Positions 50,744 through 63,608 of a DNA stretch of 64,000 nt are shown here, piece after piece. Each line of letters opens with the position of its first letter. The first letter of the stretch is position 1. Origin of the DNA: Podarcis liolepis (taxonomy: Eukaryota); assembly GCA_965112155.1 (NCBI GenBank), contig OZ218110.1; one strand, 5' to 3'. The position numbers were made by a program, and so were the translations under genes. The notes below the pieces were generated by a model. It did not search any database. It was not told the DNA's origin and worked only from the letters and a program-made list of their open reading frames with translations.

Positions 50744-51440
50744 AAATGACTAAACCACAACAACAACATAAGAACCACTGCATGAAATGGGGTACACCCA
50801 GGGCATAGGACTGCCAGTGGGTGGCTGTGTGAGGAGTAGAGGGAAAGCAGTAGACTGGGATTTTGCGTGTAGATAAGTAACAGTAACAACAGCTTTTCAC
50901 TTGGATTTTAGAAGATCACATGATTTAAAAGCGAAAAAAGATCCTATACTTAAAAGATCATAATGCTCCTAAAACATATTATCGTATTTGACGGTTAAAA
51001 AGGTAACTCATCAGTTGCAACTCGTGAATGGCAGAGATCGCAACGTCCATCGTCTAGCGCACAATCAAGTCATAAGTAGGTTCCACTAGGTTATGTAGGA
51101 CTTCTTCCCACATAGGTTTGTATTCATATCTGTTAGTGTTGTAGTCATAGACATCACAGAAGAGAGCAGTGCTGCTTTTCTAGACAAAGAGGTGCCGGAA
51201 CTTACAATGAACGCCTCCCTTGTTCTCTTATAATGGCAATGGTGCCCACCTGAGAAGTGCTGGGGGGGGGGTAGCCCTACAGATAAGGGAGCCTCAGACC
51301 CAGTGTAACCCTCCAGGCTTCTCTTTCTGATCTTCAAGACTCTTCCCCAAGCCACCTCCCATCTTCCTAGGCCACACATCTCACTGGTCCCTCTCCACAT
51401 ACCCCTGGAGTGCTTTTGCCTACACCTACCTCACTGTACA

Positions 51441-51796
51441 GGGACGCAGGTGGCGCTGTGGGTTAAACCACAGAGCCTAGGATTTGCCAATCAGAAGGTC
51501 GGCGGTTCGAATCCCCGCGACGGGGTGAGCTCCCGTTGCTCGGTCCCTGCTTCTGCCAACCTAGCAGTTCGAAAGCACGTCAAAGTGCAAGTAGATAAAT
51601 AGGTACCGCTCCGGCGGGAAGGTAAACGGCGTTTCCATGCACTACTCTGCTTTGCCAGAAGCAGCTTAGTTATGCTGGCCACATGACCCGGAAGCTGTAT
51701 GCCAGCTCCCTCGGCCAGTAAAGCGAGATGAGCGCCGCAACCCCAGAGTTGGCCATGGCTGGACCTAATGGTCAGGAGTCCCTTTACCTTTACCTT
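51441..51796 (+). mobile_element. Sauria/Squam1-type SINE
   Basis: Full length; TSD tacctcac(t/c)gtaca. Confidence 0.9.
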
Positions 51797-52234
51797 ACCT
51801 CACCGTACAAGTCACAGCCGTTGCTCCACCCACTTTTTTCTTTGGGCCACCCGTATTGGACCCGTCCTCACATCCAGCACTGGCATGTGGCCCTCAGGCT
51901 GGAAAAAGCTCCCCCACACCCCTGGTATACAGATAATCCTCCAGAGTTCCTTAAGTCAATATGTACATTTTATCAATCCTATTTGACTTCTAGGGACTTA
52001 AGGAAAGAGGAGGTGAAATGAAAGCCAAGGAATAGCAACTCTAGTAAATAAGCATATACACTACGTTAAAACAAACACCCAATGATATAAGTGCATCACC
52101 AAAAAATCCCCAACAGAAAAAGAGCAATGGGCAAAATAAGGTCAAATATCAGAACATAGGGAGTGACCCTGAAAAATACAGAAATAAGACTCGTATATAG
52201 GAGGCCCTTGAGTAAAATGTTAAAGTTTGATACT

Positions 52235-52270
52235 TTTCATATATGTATATATACTGTATGTATATGTATG

Positions 52271-52305
<35 letters not shown>

Positions 52306-52340
52306 TATACATATATGTGTGTGCATGTGTTTAATACTTT

Positions 52341-52376
<36 letters not shown>

Positions 52377-52442
52377 TATATAATTATATATATAACTTTC
52401 ATATGTAAAAATTTTTATATAAAAGTTTAATACATACATGTG
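52235..52442. repeat. Compound (TA)n/(CA)n/(TATG)n microsatellite abutting the gap
   Basis: Visible dinucleotide runs. Confidence 0.9.
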
Positions 52443-52581
52443 NNNNNNNNNNNNNNNNNNNNNNNNNNNNNNNNNNNNNNNNNNNNNNNNNNNNNNNNNN
52501 NNNNNNNNNNNNNNNNNNNNNNNNNNNNNNNNNNNNNNNNNNNNNNNNNNNNNNNNNNNNNNNNNNNNNNNNNNNNNNNNN
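52443..52581. other. Assembly gap (139 N)
   Basis: Run of N. Confidence 1.
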
Positions 52582-53060
52582 CTCCCGCTCTCCCTGAAGG
52601 CATTAAACAATAATAACACCTCGGCTTGCGGCCTCCTTTCTGTAGAGGAACCTCAACGCCGCGGCCCCTCTGCCTCTCGCGCCTTGTTTCCTCCGTGACG
52701 GGAACGCTTTGGCTAATGCACAGCTCCAGAGCGGCAGGACTTCAAAGTACTTCCGGAGGTTGTGCACTTTCTGCTTCCGGATCCCTTGGCCGAGGTGGGG
52801 GAGAGAGAAACGTTGCCTGTTTTACGGTAAACCCCCCCACCCACCCCCACCCCTTATGCACGGCAGAGAAGAAGGTCACGGCTGTGGGTTGAGGCCAGGA
52901 GTTGGTGGTGGGGTTGCCAAGTTTTGAACTCGTTGCTGCAGCTGTGCCTTTCGCACTGAATAATACCTGGTCTCCGTTCCTTGAAAAGCTTCGCCGGCTG
53001 AATTCCACGTATCGCTATAGATGGGGAAGGCGCAAGGGCAGGGATGCTGTCGTCGTTTCC
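52582..53060 (+). promoter_or_regulatory. CpG-rich NOSIP promoter / non-coding exon 1 region
   Basis: CpG-rich, with tandem ETS (GABPA-type) CTTCCGG motifs at 52750 and 52774 and candidate donor GAG|GTGGGG at 52794; about 2.8 kb upstream of the NOSIP ATG exon. Confidence 0.6.
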
Positions 53061-54426
53061 TAGCCAGTGATATTATTTATGAAATAATAATAATAGCAGC
53101 ACAGTGATACTGGTCTAAGGTTGCCAGAGGGAGGCGAGGGCAACCCCGGTTCTTGCGAGAGAAACATTGGCGGCAGAGATGGATGGAGATGGTGAAAGAG
53201 CAACTTACGTTCGTGTTTCTGGTGTTTCGGGTTGCAGGTGCAAATAAGGACTGGAAACTTGCTGGGGAAACAAACCGTCTTGGGAAGAGATGGAGCTTGT
53301 GGCGGGGGGTGGGTGGGTGGTGGGTGAGGAGTGTGGTGGCCAGGTGAAAAAGTGGCCAGGGCTCCAGCACCTGAAACCATTGCGTAGAAGAGACGGATTA
53401 AGCGCTTGCAGCATTTTGTGCAATGTTATAGCTACTGGCTGACATTTCGCCCTTCGGTATGATTAAAAGGGGTTGCATCTGGGCGCCGGAAGGGGAGCAG
53501 GGAGGACCACTCAGAAAGAAGGCTTACGAAGGTGCAGTCAGAAGGAAGCCCCACTGAACTTTCACTTACTCCATGGTAAGTGTGTGTGTAGGATTGCAGC
53601 CTAGGGTAAATAAGTCAGAGTACTTGTGAGCCAGATAAGTCTTTGAGCGGTAGAGGAGAATGCAGCTGTCAAATCAGTGATATTGAGGTGGGAAGTGTTT
53701 TAAAATTGGCAGAGAGGATATTGTGTAATGCAGTAGGTGTGCAAAATGGAGATCTAGTGCAACCGCTAAAGACTAAAATGTTGGAGGACACTATAGTGAG
53801 TTGTTAGTTGGGGTGTTTTGTGTCTTTCATTGAGGGACACTGAACTGTGAGACTTTCAGGTACTATGCTGCTGATACCTCTCCAGAACTTTTTAAAAATA
53901 GGATTCTTAATGTTTCTAATCCTTGTATTAATTGCTCTGCTGGGGAGTTTGAGATTTGTTGTGTGTTGGGGATTTTAAGTCAGAATGGTCTTTGGGGAAA
54001 TGGGAACACAGGCAGGAATGAAGTTGTCTGGGAGGAATTTCTTGATATTAATTAGTGATATCATTTGATGTTTCTCCTGCAAGACTTAAGTTCTGCTGCA
54101 GACTCTTATTCCTGTATTTGTTTGGGAATAGCAGCTAGTATTGGCACTGATAAATGCGTTTTGGGCATTTTTACAGGAAGATAGCATGGGGAGCAATTAT
54201 TTCCCCACCACTACTTGGTTTGTAAGGGGAAAGGGATTGAGGGTGATGTGGAGGCGATTCTCAAGTAGAGTTTTTAAAAAGCTATCAGATGTTTAGATCA
54301 TTTTAGTGATTGTATGTGCTGTTGGGGAGGGGCCAGTGCTCAAGGATGGTGGCACTTGTAGTCCAGCAACCTCTGGAGGGCCGCAGTTCTCCCCCCATAT
54401 AGATGCTAGCGAAATGGTTCGCTAAC

Positions 54427-54442
54427 CTCCACTAGGTGGCAG
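54427..54442 (+). promoter_or_regulatory. Consensus CTCF motif in NOSIP intron 1
   Basis: CTCCACTAGGTGGCAG matches the CCASYAGRKGGCRS core. Confidence 0.45.
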
Positions 54443-54693
54443 TTGTACATCTTGTGCCATTAAACAACAGAAGAAACCACTTCTGTTGCTGGTTTCTTAG
54501 GGTGTATCTGACCTTTCCTTCTTGGGAGTGTGGCTCATAATGAATGTATCCCTCCCCAAGGATCTTGGTGTGACTGAGATCCTAGACTTCAAAATAAGGA
54601 GAACTTGAGAGCTGGCATCCCATGAAAGAAGGCACACCTAAGAACACCAGGCTGGGTTGTGGGACAATTGGTAATTGATACCTTGGCATGACA

Positions 54694-55006
54694 GGGATGT
54701 GGGTGGCGCTGTGGGTTAAACCACAGAGCCTAGGACTTGCCGATCAAGGTGACAGGGTGAGCTTCCGTTGCTCGGTCCCTGCTCCTGCCCACCTAGCAGC
54801 ACGTCACAGTGCAAGTAGATAAATAGGTACTGCTCCGGCAGGAAGGTAAACGGAGTTTCTGTGTGCTGCTCTGATTCGTGAGAAGCGGCTTAGTCATGCA
54901 GGCCACATGACCTGGAAGCTGTACGCCGGCTCCCTTGGCCAATAAAGCGAGATGAGCGCAGCAACCCCCGAGTTGGTCACGACTGGACCTAATGGTCAGG
55001 GGTCCC
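54694..55006 (+). mobile_element. Sauria/Squam1-type SINE with internal deletions
   Basis: B-box region deleted; TSD ccttggcatgacag. Confidence 0.88.
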
Positions 55007-55577
55007 TTGGCATGACAGTGAGAGCTCCTTGGTATTTAGGATGAGCAGGAAAAAAAGAATAGACAGTTTCATCCTGTTTGTTTAACACTGGGGAATTGCA
55101 GGAGGTGCAGCTTGTCTTTCTGGGGGTTTGTAAAGCTGTACCTGTTGAAAATCGCTCTGCTGCACAATAATTAAAGGTACAGGAACCAGTAGCAAAATAT
55201 TTTATGAATGGGACATGAGTCTGCCTGCAGTAGATTTGGGAATGTAGCTGGGGGATAGATTTGGAGATGTTAAAAGTAGGATTCTTGAATATCCAGAGAG
55301 GAATCTTTGAATCCTCCAGTTAAGAAGGTGGGTGCAGCCTGTTGAGCCACCCTATGAACATTTCCTGAGCTTTCTGTCCATCTACCCCATTCCCCCCTCC
55401 TTAATTCTCCCCCTTCCAACCCTGTGGCTCTGCATCCATATCCAACACAGTCCATGAGCTTTTTTGTGTCTAGTACTGTATTGGATCAGGCCCTGACAAC
55501 ATGCTTAACCAAAACATATCTTTATGAAGGTAGGGAGGAGCTGCCGGCTTCTTCCTGGATTGCCCATCTAAGTTGGC

Positions 55578-55647
55578 ATGACGCGCCATGGCAAGAACTG
55601 CACAGCAGGAGCTGTTTACACCTACCATGAAAAGAAAAAGGACACAG
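55578..55647 (+). CDS. NOSIP: NOSIP coding exon 1
   Basis: MTRHGKNCTAGAVYTYHEKKKDT, donor G|GTGAG; matches the NOSIP N-terminus. Confidence 0.97.
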
Positions 55648-56486
55648 GTGAGGAGGCTGCTTTCTGTAGGACTCTGGATTGAGACTTGAAAGGTGTCGTC
55701 AGTGCTGTAGGGGGAGCCTTGTGCTACGATGGCAGTGGTGGGGCTGCAGGTGAGGACCCAAGGATTCTGAATGAAGGGGAAGCCCTGGCTAGGTTTGGGA
55801 GAACAAAATTGTAAGTTGGGGTGACTAAAACCAGGACTGTTGCTAGATAGGGAAGTTGAGGCAGTACTTGAATCTACAGGGAAAGCTGGGGGTGGGGGTC
55901 CTTAGTGAAATCTACAAGCCCTACTACTATCCAACTCTCCCTAATTGTGAAAATGGTTCTCCTTCCCCATAGCCTTCATAAAAGCAGTGGTTTAAGGGGC
56001 CTACCACAAAAGCTTGGGACCAGCAGCCTCCCTTTCACCATTATGGAATTTGAGCACTGCTCCAGGGCTAGTGCAGTGAGAGAATAAAGGTCAAAACAGG
56101 GAGGCAAATCACTGGTACGTTTGCTTATAGCCAGGTGAGAATTGGGAGAAGCTCCGGGATAGTCAAATTGGGCACACCCTGTGGTCTGATTTAACACCAC
56201 CCAGTGTTTCATTGAAACTCAGGTGGAAATTAAGCTATGCAACTCCAGGCTAATTCCGCCTTCTCTATTACTGTAGGAGATTATGGGTTGCCAGCCCTTA
56301 AACTGTTAGCAATCAGGTGAGCAGTCCTGAGCAGGTCACTTGACAACCTGGGCTTTTCTGGGCAGATATTTTACCAACTGTTTTCCCTTTCTGGATTTAG
56401 AGATTTAGCAGAGCCACTTAGGCAGGCAGGCTCTTTTCATTAATGTGACCTTAATGTGACCGTTGCTCCCCCCCCCCTTTCCCCAG

Positions 56487-56592
56487 CTGCCTCTGGATAC
56501 GGGACCCAGAACGTCCGTCTGAGCAAAGATGCTGTCAAGGATTTTGACTGCTGCTGCCTCTCCCTGCAGCCCTGCAAGGACCCTATTGTGAC
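56487..56592 (+). CDS. NOSIP: NOSIP coding exon 2 (U-box/RING-like region)
   Basis: CCCCAG|CT GCC TCT GGA TAC; AASGYGTQNVRLSKDAVKDFDCCCLSLQPCKDPIVT; donor AC|GTAAA. Confidence 0.96.
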
Positions 56593-56845
56593 GTAAATAT
56601 CTGGCAAGGCCCATGGAAGAGTGTTCAGTGTATTAAACCGAAGATCTGCTACACTACTTAACCACTTGCCTTTTTTGTAGTTCGCTAATAAAGCGGTGGA
56701 TCTCTAAACCTGGATCCAACATGCATGCACACACACAAAGTTGCTTCTTTCATTGACTCGCAGAGTTAAGTGAAATAATTTTTTCACCCGTTATATATGC
56801 CTGTTGAGATAATAATATTTATGTTCTTTTTCATGCAAATTCCTG

Positions 56846-57083
56846 TACAGTCATACCTTGGATCTCAAATACCTTGGCTCATGAACGATCAAAACCCAGA
56901 ATAGAGTGTTCTGGTTTTTGAACTATTTTCAGAAGCCGAACGTCCGGCGCTTCTTCCTTGGCTTCCGATTAGCTGCAGGAGCTTCCTGCAGCCAATCAGA
57001 AGCCATGCTTTGGTTTCCGGATGTTTTGGAAGCTAAACGGACCTCTGGTACAGATTCCGTATGACTTCCAAGGTACGACTGTA
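56846..57083. mobile_element. Tc1/mariner-pogo MITE family B
   Basis: Same TIRs and TA TSD. Confidence 0.8.
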
Positions 57084-57392
57084 GAGTCAAATTCTCTTCT
57101 GCCGCTGGGAAGCGGTGATTACATTCCCATTTCACAGATGGCAAATTGTGCCTAACATGTCCATAACTGAGCAGGAACTTGAACCCCAACCAAAGTCTGG
57201 TATTTATCACAGGACTATAATGTCCCTTTCTGCTGTAGAATGATATCTTGGTTTGGTGGCATGACCTCCCAGGTGTACCCTTGACCTGTGGGGTTCATAT
57301 GGATACTCCTATGGTGCTCTGCAGCTTGCATGGGAGCCTTTACGGAAGTGGCATTTAATTGTGATTCTCCTCCTGCCTGTGTCCCTCTCCAG

Positions 57393-57474
57393 CCCTGATG
57401 GATACCTGTATGAGAAAGAAGCCATCTTAGAGTACATCCTTCACCAGAAAAAGGAGATTGCCCGGCAAATGAAG
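57393..57474 (+). CDS. NOSIP: NOSIP coding exon 3
   Basis: CTCCAG|C CCT GAT; PDGYLYEKEAILEYILHQKKEIARQMK; donor AAG|GTAAC. Confidence 0.96.
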
Positions 57475-57627
57475 GTAACCAGAGAAGTGGCTAGTATGCT
57501 AATCTGAAGAGCCAGATTTGTATGTTCACAGCTGTCAGCTGGTTTAATAGATTGGTGAGAGAGCACTGCATCAATATTTTACAAAAGGGGAGGAGGTGGC
57601 ACTCAAGAGAACTGGTAAAATGAAATA

Positions 57628-57996
57628 TACCGTATTTTTCGCTCTATAACACGCACCAGACCATAACACGCACGTAGTTTTTAGAGGAGGAAAACAAGAA
57701 AAAAAATATTCTAAACGAAATAGTGGATATATGATTTTTGTGGTTCATGCTGTGGCCACAGACATGTGATCTGACAGTGAGTTTGGAGTAGCCCAATGCA
57801 AAAATCCTGAGGATCCATGTGGATCCATGCTTTGTAACCACGGAGGAGGGAAGGAAGGGGAACCATGGATCCTCTGCTCACGACTGCAGCAGATCCCCCC
57901 CGCCACCCGCAGGCATTCACTCCATAACACGCACAGACATTTCCCCTTACTTTCTAGGAGGAAAAAAGTGAGTGTTATGGTGCAAAAAATACGGTA
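57628..57996. mobile_element. Tc2/pogo-like non-autonomous element
   Basis: TA-CCGTATTTTT ... AAAAATACGG-TA. Confidence 0.75.
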
Positions 57997-58388
57997 TATG
58001 CCAAGCCACATGGAAACCCGGCTAGTTGAAGTAGAGGTCTTTTTAATCTGCTACGTTTGTTTTCTCCCCTGCCTCCAAGGAGCTCAGGCTGGGGCTTCCA
58101 TCTTTGTTAAGAAGCTGTGTGAAATAGGTTTGCCTCGTGTAGCCCCCTTCCTTTGGGGACGCTCTCCTGTGTGCCTTGCTTCTGACCCAGTGCAAGACAG
58201 CCATATAGGGCAGGGAAGAGGGCACTTAAAACATCACTCTTGCTCCAGTGCCTTCAACAGGAATTGCCTCTAAGAACCAGGAGCCATTGATGCCATCTTC
58301 CCAGTGAGGCCTACTAGCCTAAGGGGAGGACTTCACAGAAGGGTATAACAGAAAGTGTAGTGAGAACTTTAGAACTGTGATGGTTTAA

Positions 58389-58728
58389 AAAGGTAAAGGG
58401 ACCCCTGACCATTAGGTCCAGTCGTGGATGACTCTGGGGTTGCAGCGCTCATCTCGCTTTATTGGCCGAGGGAGCCGGCGTACAGCTTCCGGGTCATGTG
58501 GCCAGCATGACTAAGCCGCTTCTGGCGAACCAGAGCAGCGCACAGAAACGCCATTTACCTTCCCGCTGGAGCGGTACCTATTTATCTACTTGCACTTTGA
58601 CGTGCTTTCGAACTGCTAGGTTGGCAGGAGCAGGGACCGAGCAACGGGAGCTCACCCCGTCGCGGGGATTCGAACCGCCGACCTTCTGATCGGCAAGTCC
58701 TAGGCTCTGTGGTTTAACCCACAGCACC
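58389..58728 (-). mobile_element. Sauria/Squam1-type SINE (slightly 5' truncated)
   Basis: Reverse complement of the same family. Confidence 0.88.
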
Positions 58729-58965
58729 AATTGTTGCTTAATAGGGTGGTTTTCAAAATTTTTTTTAATGTAAAGTGCTTAAGGTGGTACTCCAAAACAG
58801 CTGAAGGCTGCTCTGTGCTTTTTGCTGAATTCTTTTCATGCCCAATGCCTGTTCTCTCTCTTCACTTTCTCACTTGGATCATGGCAAGGAGTGTGCCCCT
58901 TCCGTATTTCAGCAGGAGAGCTTTGTCTTTGTCATGACAGTTTTTATTCCTGTGCAAAACTGCAG

Positions 58966-59107
58966 GCCTATGAAAAGCAGAAGAATGAGAAGAAGACGGA
59001 GTTGGCAGAGTTGAGCAAGGCTGCCAAAGAGTCCAAGGTGAAGAATTTCCTTGACAAAGAGATGAGCATTGTCAGCAAACCTCTCAACCCCTTCGATCGC
59101 AAGGCGG
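58966..59107 (+). CDS. NOSIP: NOSIP coding exon 4
   Basis: TGCAG|GCC TAT; AYEKQKNEKKTELAELSKAAKESKVKNFLDKEMSIVSKPLNPFDRKA; donor G|GTAAG. Confidence 0.94.
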
Positions 59108-60077
59108 GTAAGTGCGGAAGAGCAGAGGATTTGGGACAGGGCCGAGTGACAAAAGTGTGAGAAATAAGAAAAGTGTAAAGAAAGTGAATGACACCTCCCA
59201 GTTACTCCTTAGACAGAGCCATGTACATCTTACCTGTGCTTCATAGTCATTTCCCCCACCCTTTTCCGTTCTGGTCCTATCTGTTCGGCAGCAATGAAGT
59301 GTTTTTAGAGATGCTCTTTGTTTTTCTTTGGGTTTTGGCAGTGCCCTAAAACACAACACTGTGGCTCTGGATCACATGCTGTCCGCAGTTCATCTCTCAT
59401 TGCCACAATCACACTTTTTTCACCCTGGTTTAAAGCTCTTCCCACATCTCCACAGCACCCCCTATTCTTTGTAGCTCTCCGGCTTTCAGCCTCTTTGAAT
59501 ATTTGTCTCAAACCCACACAACTCCTCATGTGTGAAGTGAAACTCCTGGGGGAATTGTGGGTGGCCACAATGAGGTGTAAAGCCTTCTCCCAAGCATGGA
59601 GCAAAGAGGGTTGCATGGTCGTGGGTACCTACTGAGTTTTGTTACGGTGTTTAAAGCTCTTGCTGGGGGTTGTGGTCAACTGGACTACCAGGGTTCAGCT
59701 TCAGGGATGCCTAAGTCAGTACGTGCTGGATCCTGTCAAAAACTCAGCAGGACAAGTCTGCAGGTGAGCTCCAGTGTCCCTAACCTTGTACAGTAGGGTT
59801 AGGGAATCCTTTTTCACTTGGAGGGCTAGATCTTTATCTCCCTGCACCCCTGCAAGCTAACTTCGACAGAGGGTGGGGCCACCCACCTGTCATTCATCTG
59901 ACATCACGATGTGTTCAGGGGTCTAATAGGTGGGATGGGACTGTTCCGCCAGTGCATTCCCCACAAGGAGTGAAGCAGCAGGACTGAACTCTCTGCTCAC
60001 TAGCTGGTACAATCCTGTTCTCTTCAGGGGTCTGCTGTGTCAGCATGTACCCTGAAGGGAACACAATGGCAAAGGGA

Positions 60078-60648
60078 CCCGGAAACTACAACTAATCCAG
60101 AATGCGGCAGCTAGACTGGGAGTGGCCGCCGAGACCATATAACACTGAAAGACCTACATTGCTCCCAATACGTTTCCAAGCACAATTCCAAATGTTCGTG
60201 TTGACCTTTAAAGCCTTAAACGACCTTGGCCCAGTATACCTGAAGGAGTGTCTCTATCCCCATCGTCCAGCTCGGACACTGAGGTCCAGCTCCGAGGGCC
60301 TTCTGGTGTTTCCCTCACTGCGAGAAGTGAAGTTACAGGGAACCAGACAGAGGGCCTTCTCAGTAGTGGCGCCCACCCTGTGGAACGCCCTCCCATCAGA
60401 TGTCAAGGAAATCCTTCTCAGTAGTGGCGCCCACCCTGTGGAACGCCCTCCCATCAGATGTCAAGGAAATAAACAGTTATTTGACTTTTAGAAGACATCT
60501 GAAGGCAGCCCTGTTCAGGGAAGTTTTTAATGTTTTTTATTATTATCATTAATTCTGTTGGGAGCCGGCCAGAGTGGCTGCGGAAACCCAGCCAGATGGG
60601 TGGGGTATAAATAATAAATTATTATAATTAATATTATTATTATTATTA
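60078..60648 (+). mobile_element. L2 LINE 3' fragment with internal 58-bp tandem duplication
   Basis: VLTFKALNDLGPVYL...AFSVVAPTLWNALP; (TAT)n tail. Confidence 0.8.
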
Positions 60649-60883
60649 AGCACTCCGCAGGATCGAACCTTTTCCCCTGCTTGTTGGCTGATATCCCCCA
60701 GTGGCCTCCACTGGCTGTGGCTGTGGTTTGGGAGAAATGTCCACATGGGCCAAGACTGGCCTGGATGTTGAAGGTTTTCTGCTCCTGCTATACAGCCGTG
60801 TCTTCCCACACACCACCTTAGATTTACACCTCTTTCTTGGGAACCTATGGGACTTAATAACTGCCCTGTTCTGTGGATTACAG

Positions 60884-60990
60884 GAGATGCTCAGCCTGGA
60901 CCCAGCAATGAAGAGAAAGCCAAGCAGCTGCCCAGCTTTTGGATTCCTTCGCTGACCCCAGAGGCCAAGACGAAAGTCATTCCGAAGCCA
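60884..60990 (+). CDS. NOSIP: NOSIP coding exon 5; gene continues beyond window
   Basis: TACAG|GA GAT; GDAQPGPSNEEKAKQLPSFWIPSLTPEAKTKVIPKP; donor CCA|GTGAGT. Confidence 0.93.
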
Positions 60991-61298
60991 GTGAGTTCCT
61001 TTTGTCATTCCTTTTCCCGGCTCACGCATTGCCCCGTCTTCCTTAGGGAGTGTCTGCACTACAAATCTAAACCAATTTACCTGTCACAGTGTCTCCAACA
61101 CACCCAGAAAATTGAAACTCTTGGAATAGAGAACTTCTGTCATGGTCACAAAACTGCACTTCCAGAGTTCTTGGGAGAAGTCCTGAGGTGTTAACTGCAT
61201 TGAGCTGGTTGCTGTCTTTGAGATTAGGAAGATACTGTCTTCCAGTTGAGATGGTCCTTTTTTGTCATTTGTTTTTTCCCTCCTGTGTGGCTGTGGAG

Positions 61299-61790
61299 TT
61301 GAAAGGTATTGAAATTGAAACTGAAATACTTTATTGTCACTTGTACAACTCGTATACAGTGAGATTACACGAGCACCCTCCACTCAGCTCTCTTAGTCTT
61401 AATTCCCCTCGTTTACTGATGCACACCCACCCTACCCGAAAGTCAGTTGCCCTGTTGTTATCTTTTCATTTAGCAGCCTAACAGCCCATGGATAGAAGCT
61501 GTTCTTTACCCTGTTGGTGCGACTAATCATGCTTCTATATCTTTTGCCTGATGGCAGGAGATCGAGAAAGTGCAGGCCAGGGTGTGAATCATCCCTGAGA
61601 ATTTTCCTCACTCTCCTGAGGCAACGTTCTTCCGCTATTTCATCCAGCGGATTCATGTGACAGCCCATAATATCTTGTGCTGTATTCACCACCCTCTGTA
61701 GGCACTTCCTATCAGTTCATGTCAAACCAGCGTACCACACCACACCGTGCTGCAGTATAAAAGGACACTTTCTATTGTGGACCGGTAGAA
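61299..61790 (-). mobile_element. Rex1/Babar-type LINE 3' fragment
   Basis: ILRDDSHPGLHFLDLLPSGKRYRS..SRTNRVKNSFYPWAVRLLN; (TTTCAA)n tail. Confidence 0.75.
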
Positions 61791-62247
61791 GGAAATAATC
61801 AAATCAGAAGGGGTCCAACTAGTATATTCCGCTGCTGTGAAGCTGGCAGCACAACACATATGTCTTCTAAGAAGTAAATGCAGATAATTTCATGGAGGCT
61901 TACTCCTAGGTGAGCGAGTCCAGGACTGCCGCCTAAGAGTGTTCTGCAGGCTTAGTCGGCAAGTAGAGAGCTCCTATTAGCCCACCTCCAACATGGTCAG
62001 GGATGATGGAAGCTTTAGTTCAGCAACATCTGGAGGGCCATAGGTTTTTCACTTCCAATGTATTCTGGTGAGCAGCAGCAAAGGATTGGGTTGGGTAACC
62101 TGCACCTTCAAAGGTACCCAGGAAGCGCCACTCAATCCCAGTAACGTGAGCTGGAAATTTTTCCCCAACAGGACATTTTGCTGCTACACATTTCTATGAA
62201 CATCTTTGATTTCTGAAAATGCATTGTTTCCTAAAACTCGTTTGTAA

Positions 62248-62493
62248 TACAGTGGTACCTCGGGCTACATACGCTTCAGGTTACATACGCTTCAGGTTAC
62301 AGACTCCGCTAACCCAGAAATAGTACCTCAGGTTAAGAACTTTGCTTCAGGATGAGAACAGAAATCGTGCTCCGGTGGCACGGCAGCAGCGGGAGGCCCC
62401 ATTAGCCAAAGTGGTGCTTCAGGTTAAGAACAGTTTCAGGTTAAGAACGGACCTCTGGAACAAATTAAGTACTTAACCCGAGGTATTACTGTA
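62248..62493. mobile_element. Tc1/mariner-pogo MITE family A
   Basis: Same TIRs and TA TSD. Confidence 0.85.
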
Positions 62494-63053
62494 TAATGGA
62501 TACAGTTCTAGTAAAACTACGCAGTTTCAAAACTGGAATTAACACCTCCCCCCCCTCCAGATGACCAACCGTATTATTTAATTAGCTGAATACACAGCTG
62601 TTTGTTGACAAACCAATTTCCAATTCAATGCTTTTTTCTTTTATTTCCTTATAATGTTTACTTTTTATGCTGTTGAGTTGACGTGTCTTAAAATTGATTC
62701 AGTTAAAACAATTTCCTACCAAAACTTGTAGTTTGCTCAACCATCTAAACCACATAAAATCCACTCTCTTGATTTCCAACCCCCCCAATAAAATATTTCA
62801 GTTACAGTACTTTTGGCTATGGGAGGTGGGGAGAATGAGATATAGTGCATACTTTTCTTTTAGATTTGATTACTAAAGCCAAATGAAACACTAACTAGAT
62901 CACAATAAATTTTAGTATCAGAAGAAAATTCCCAGAAAATGTTCTGATACCTCTGATTTTTGTAAAACCCACATCCCACCTTTTTTCAGCATTTAAAGTC
63001 ATGACTGTTTGATTTCATCACTATTTCCCCATTCTTTTTATACAAAATGATAA

Positions 63054-63299
63054 TACAGTGGTACCTTTGGTTAAGTGCTTAATTTGTTCCGGAGGTCCGT
63101 TCTTAACCTGAAACTGTTCTTAACCTGAAGCACCACTTTAGCTAATGGGGCCTCCTGCTGCCGCGGCGATGCCGGAGCACAATCTCTGTTCTCATCCTGA
63201 AGCAAAGTTCTTAACCCGAGGTACTATTTCTGGGTTAGCGGAGTCTGTAACCTGAAGTGTATGTAACCTGAAGCGTCTGTAGCCCGAGGTACCACTGTA
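63054..63299. mobile_element. Tc1/mariner-pogo MITE family A
   Basis: Same TIRs and TA TSD. Confidence 0.85.
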
Positions 63300-63383
63300 T
63301 AAGTAACTTGCATTGTACTCTTACTTTACTTGCATGGGATGGGGAATAAATAAATTGAGAGAGGAGGAAACTCACTTTCGAGT

Positions 63384-63608
63384 TACAGTTGTACCTTGGT
63401 TTCCAAACAGCTTAGTTCTTGAACGTTTTGGCTCCCGTACGCCGCAAACCCGTGTTCTGGTTTGAGAACTATTTTTGGAAGCTGAGTGTCCAATGGGGCT
63501 TCTGTGGCTTCCTGCAGCCAATGAGAAACCGTGCTTTGGTTTCTGAAGGTTTTCAAAGTTGAACGAACTTCTGGAACGGTTCTGTTTCACTTCCAAGGTA
63601 CGACTGTA
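63384..63608. mobile_element. Tc1/mariner-pogo MITE family B
   Basis: Same TIRs and TA TSD. Confidence 0.8.

Noticed and set aside
59657-59763. Possible extra NOSIP exon (AAAG|...CTGCAG|GTGAG)
   Set aside because: 107 nt, frameshifting, weak acceptor, no NOSIP similarity; flanking exons already join in phase
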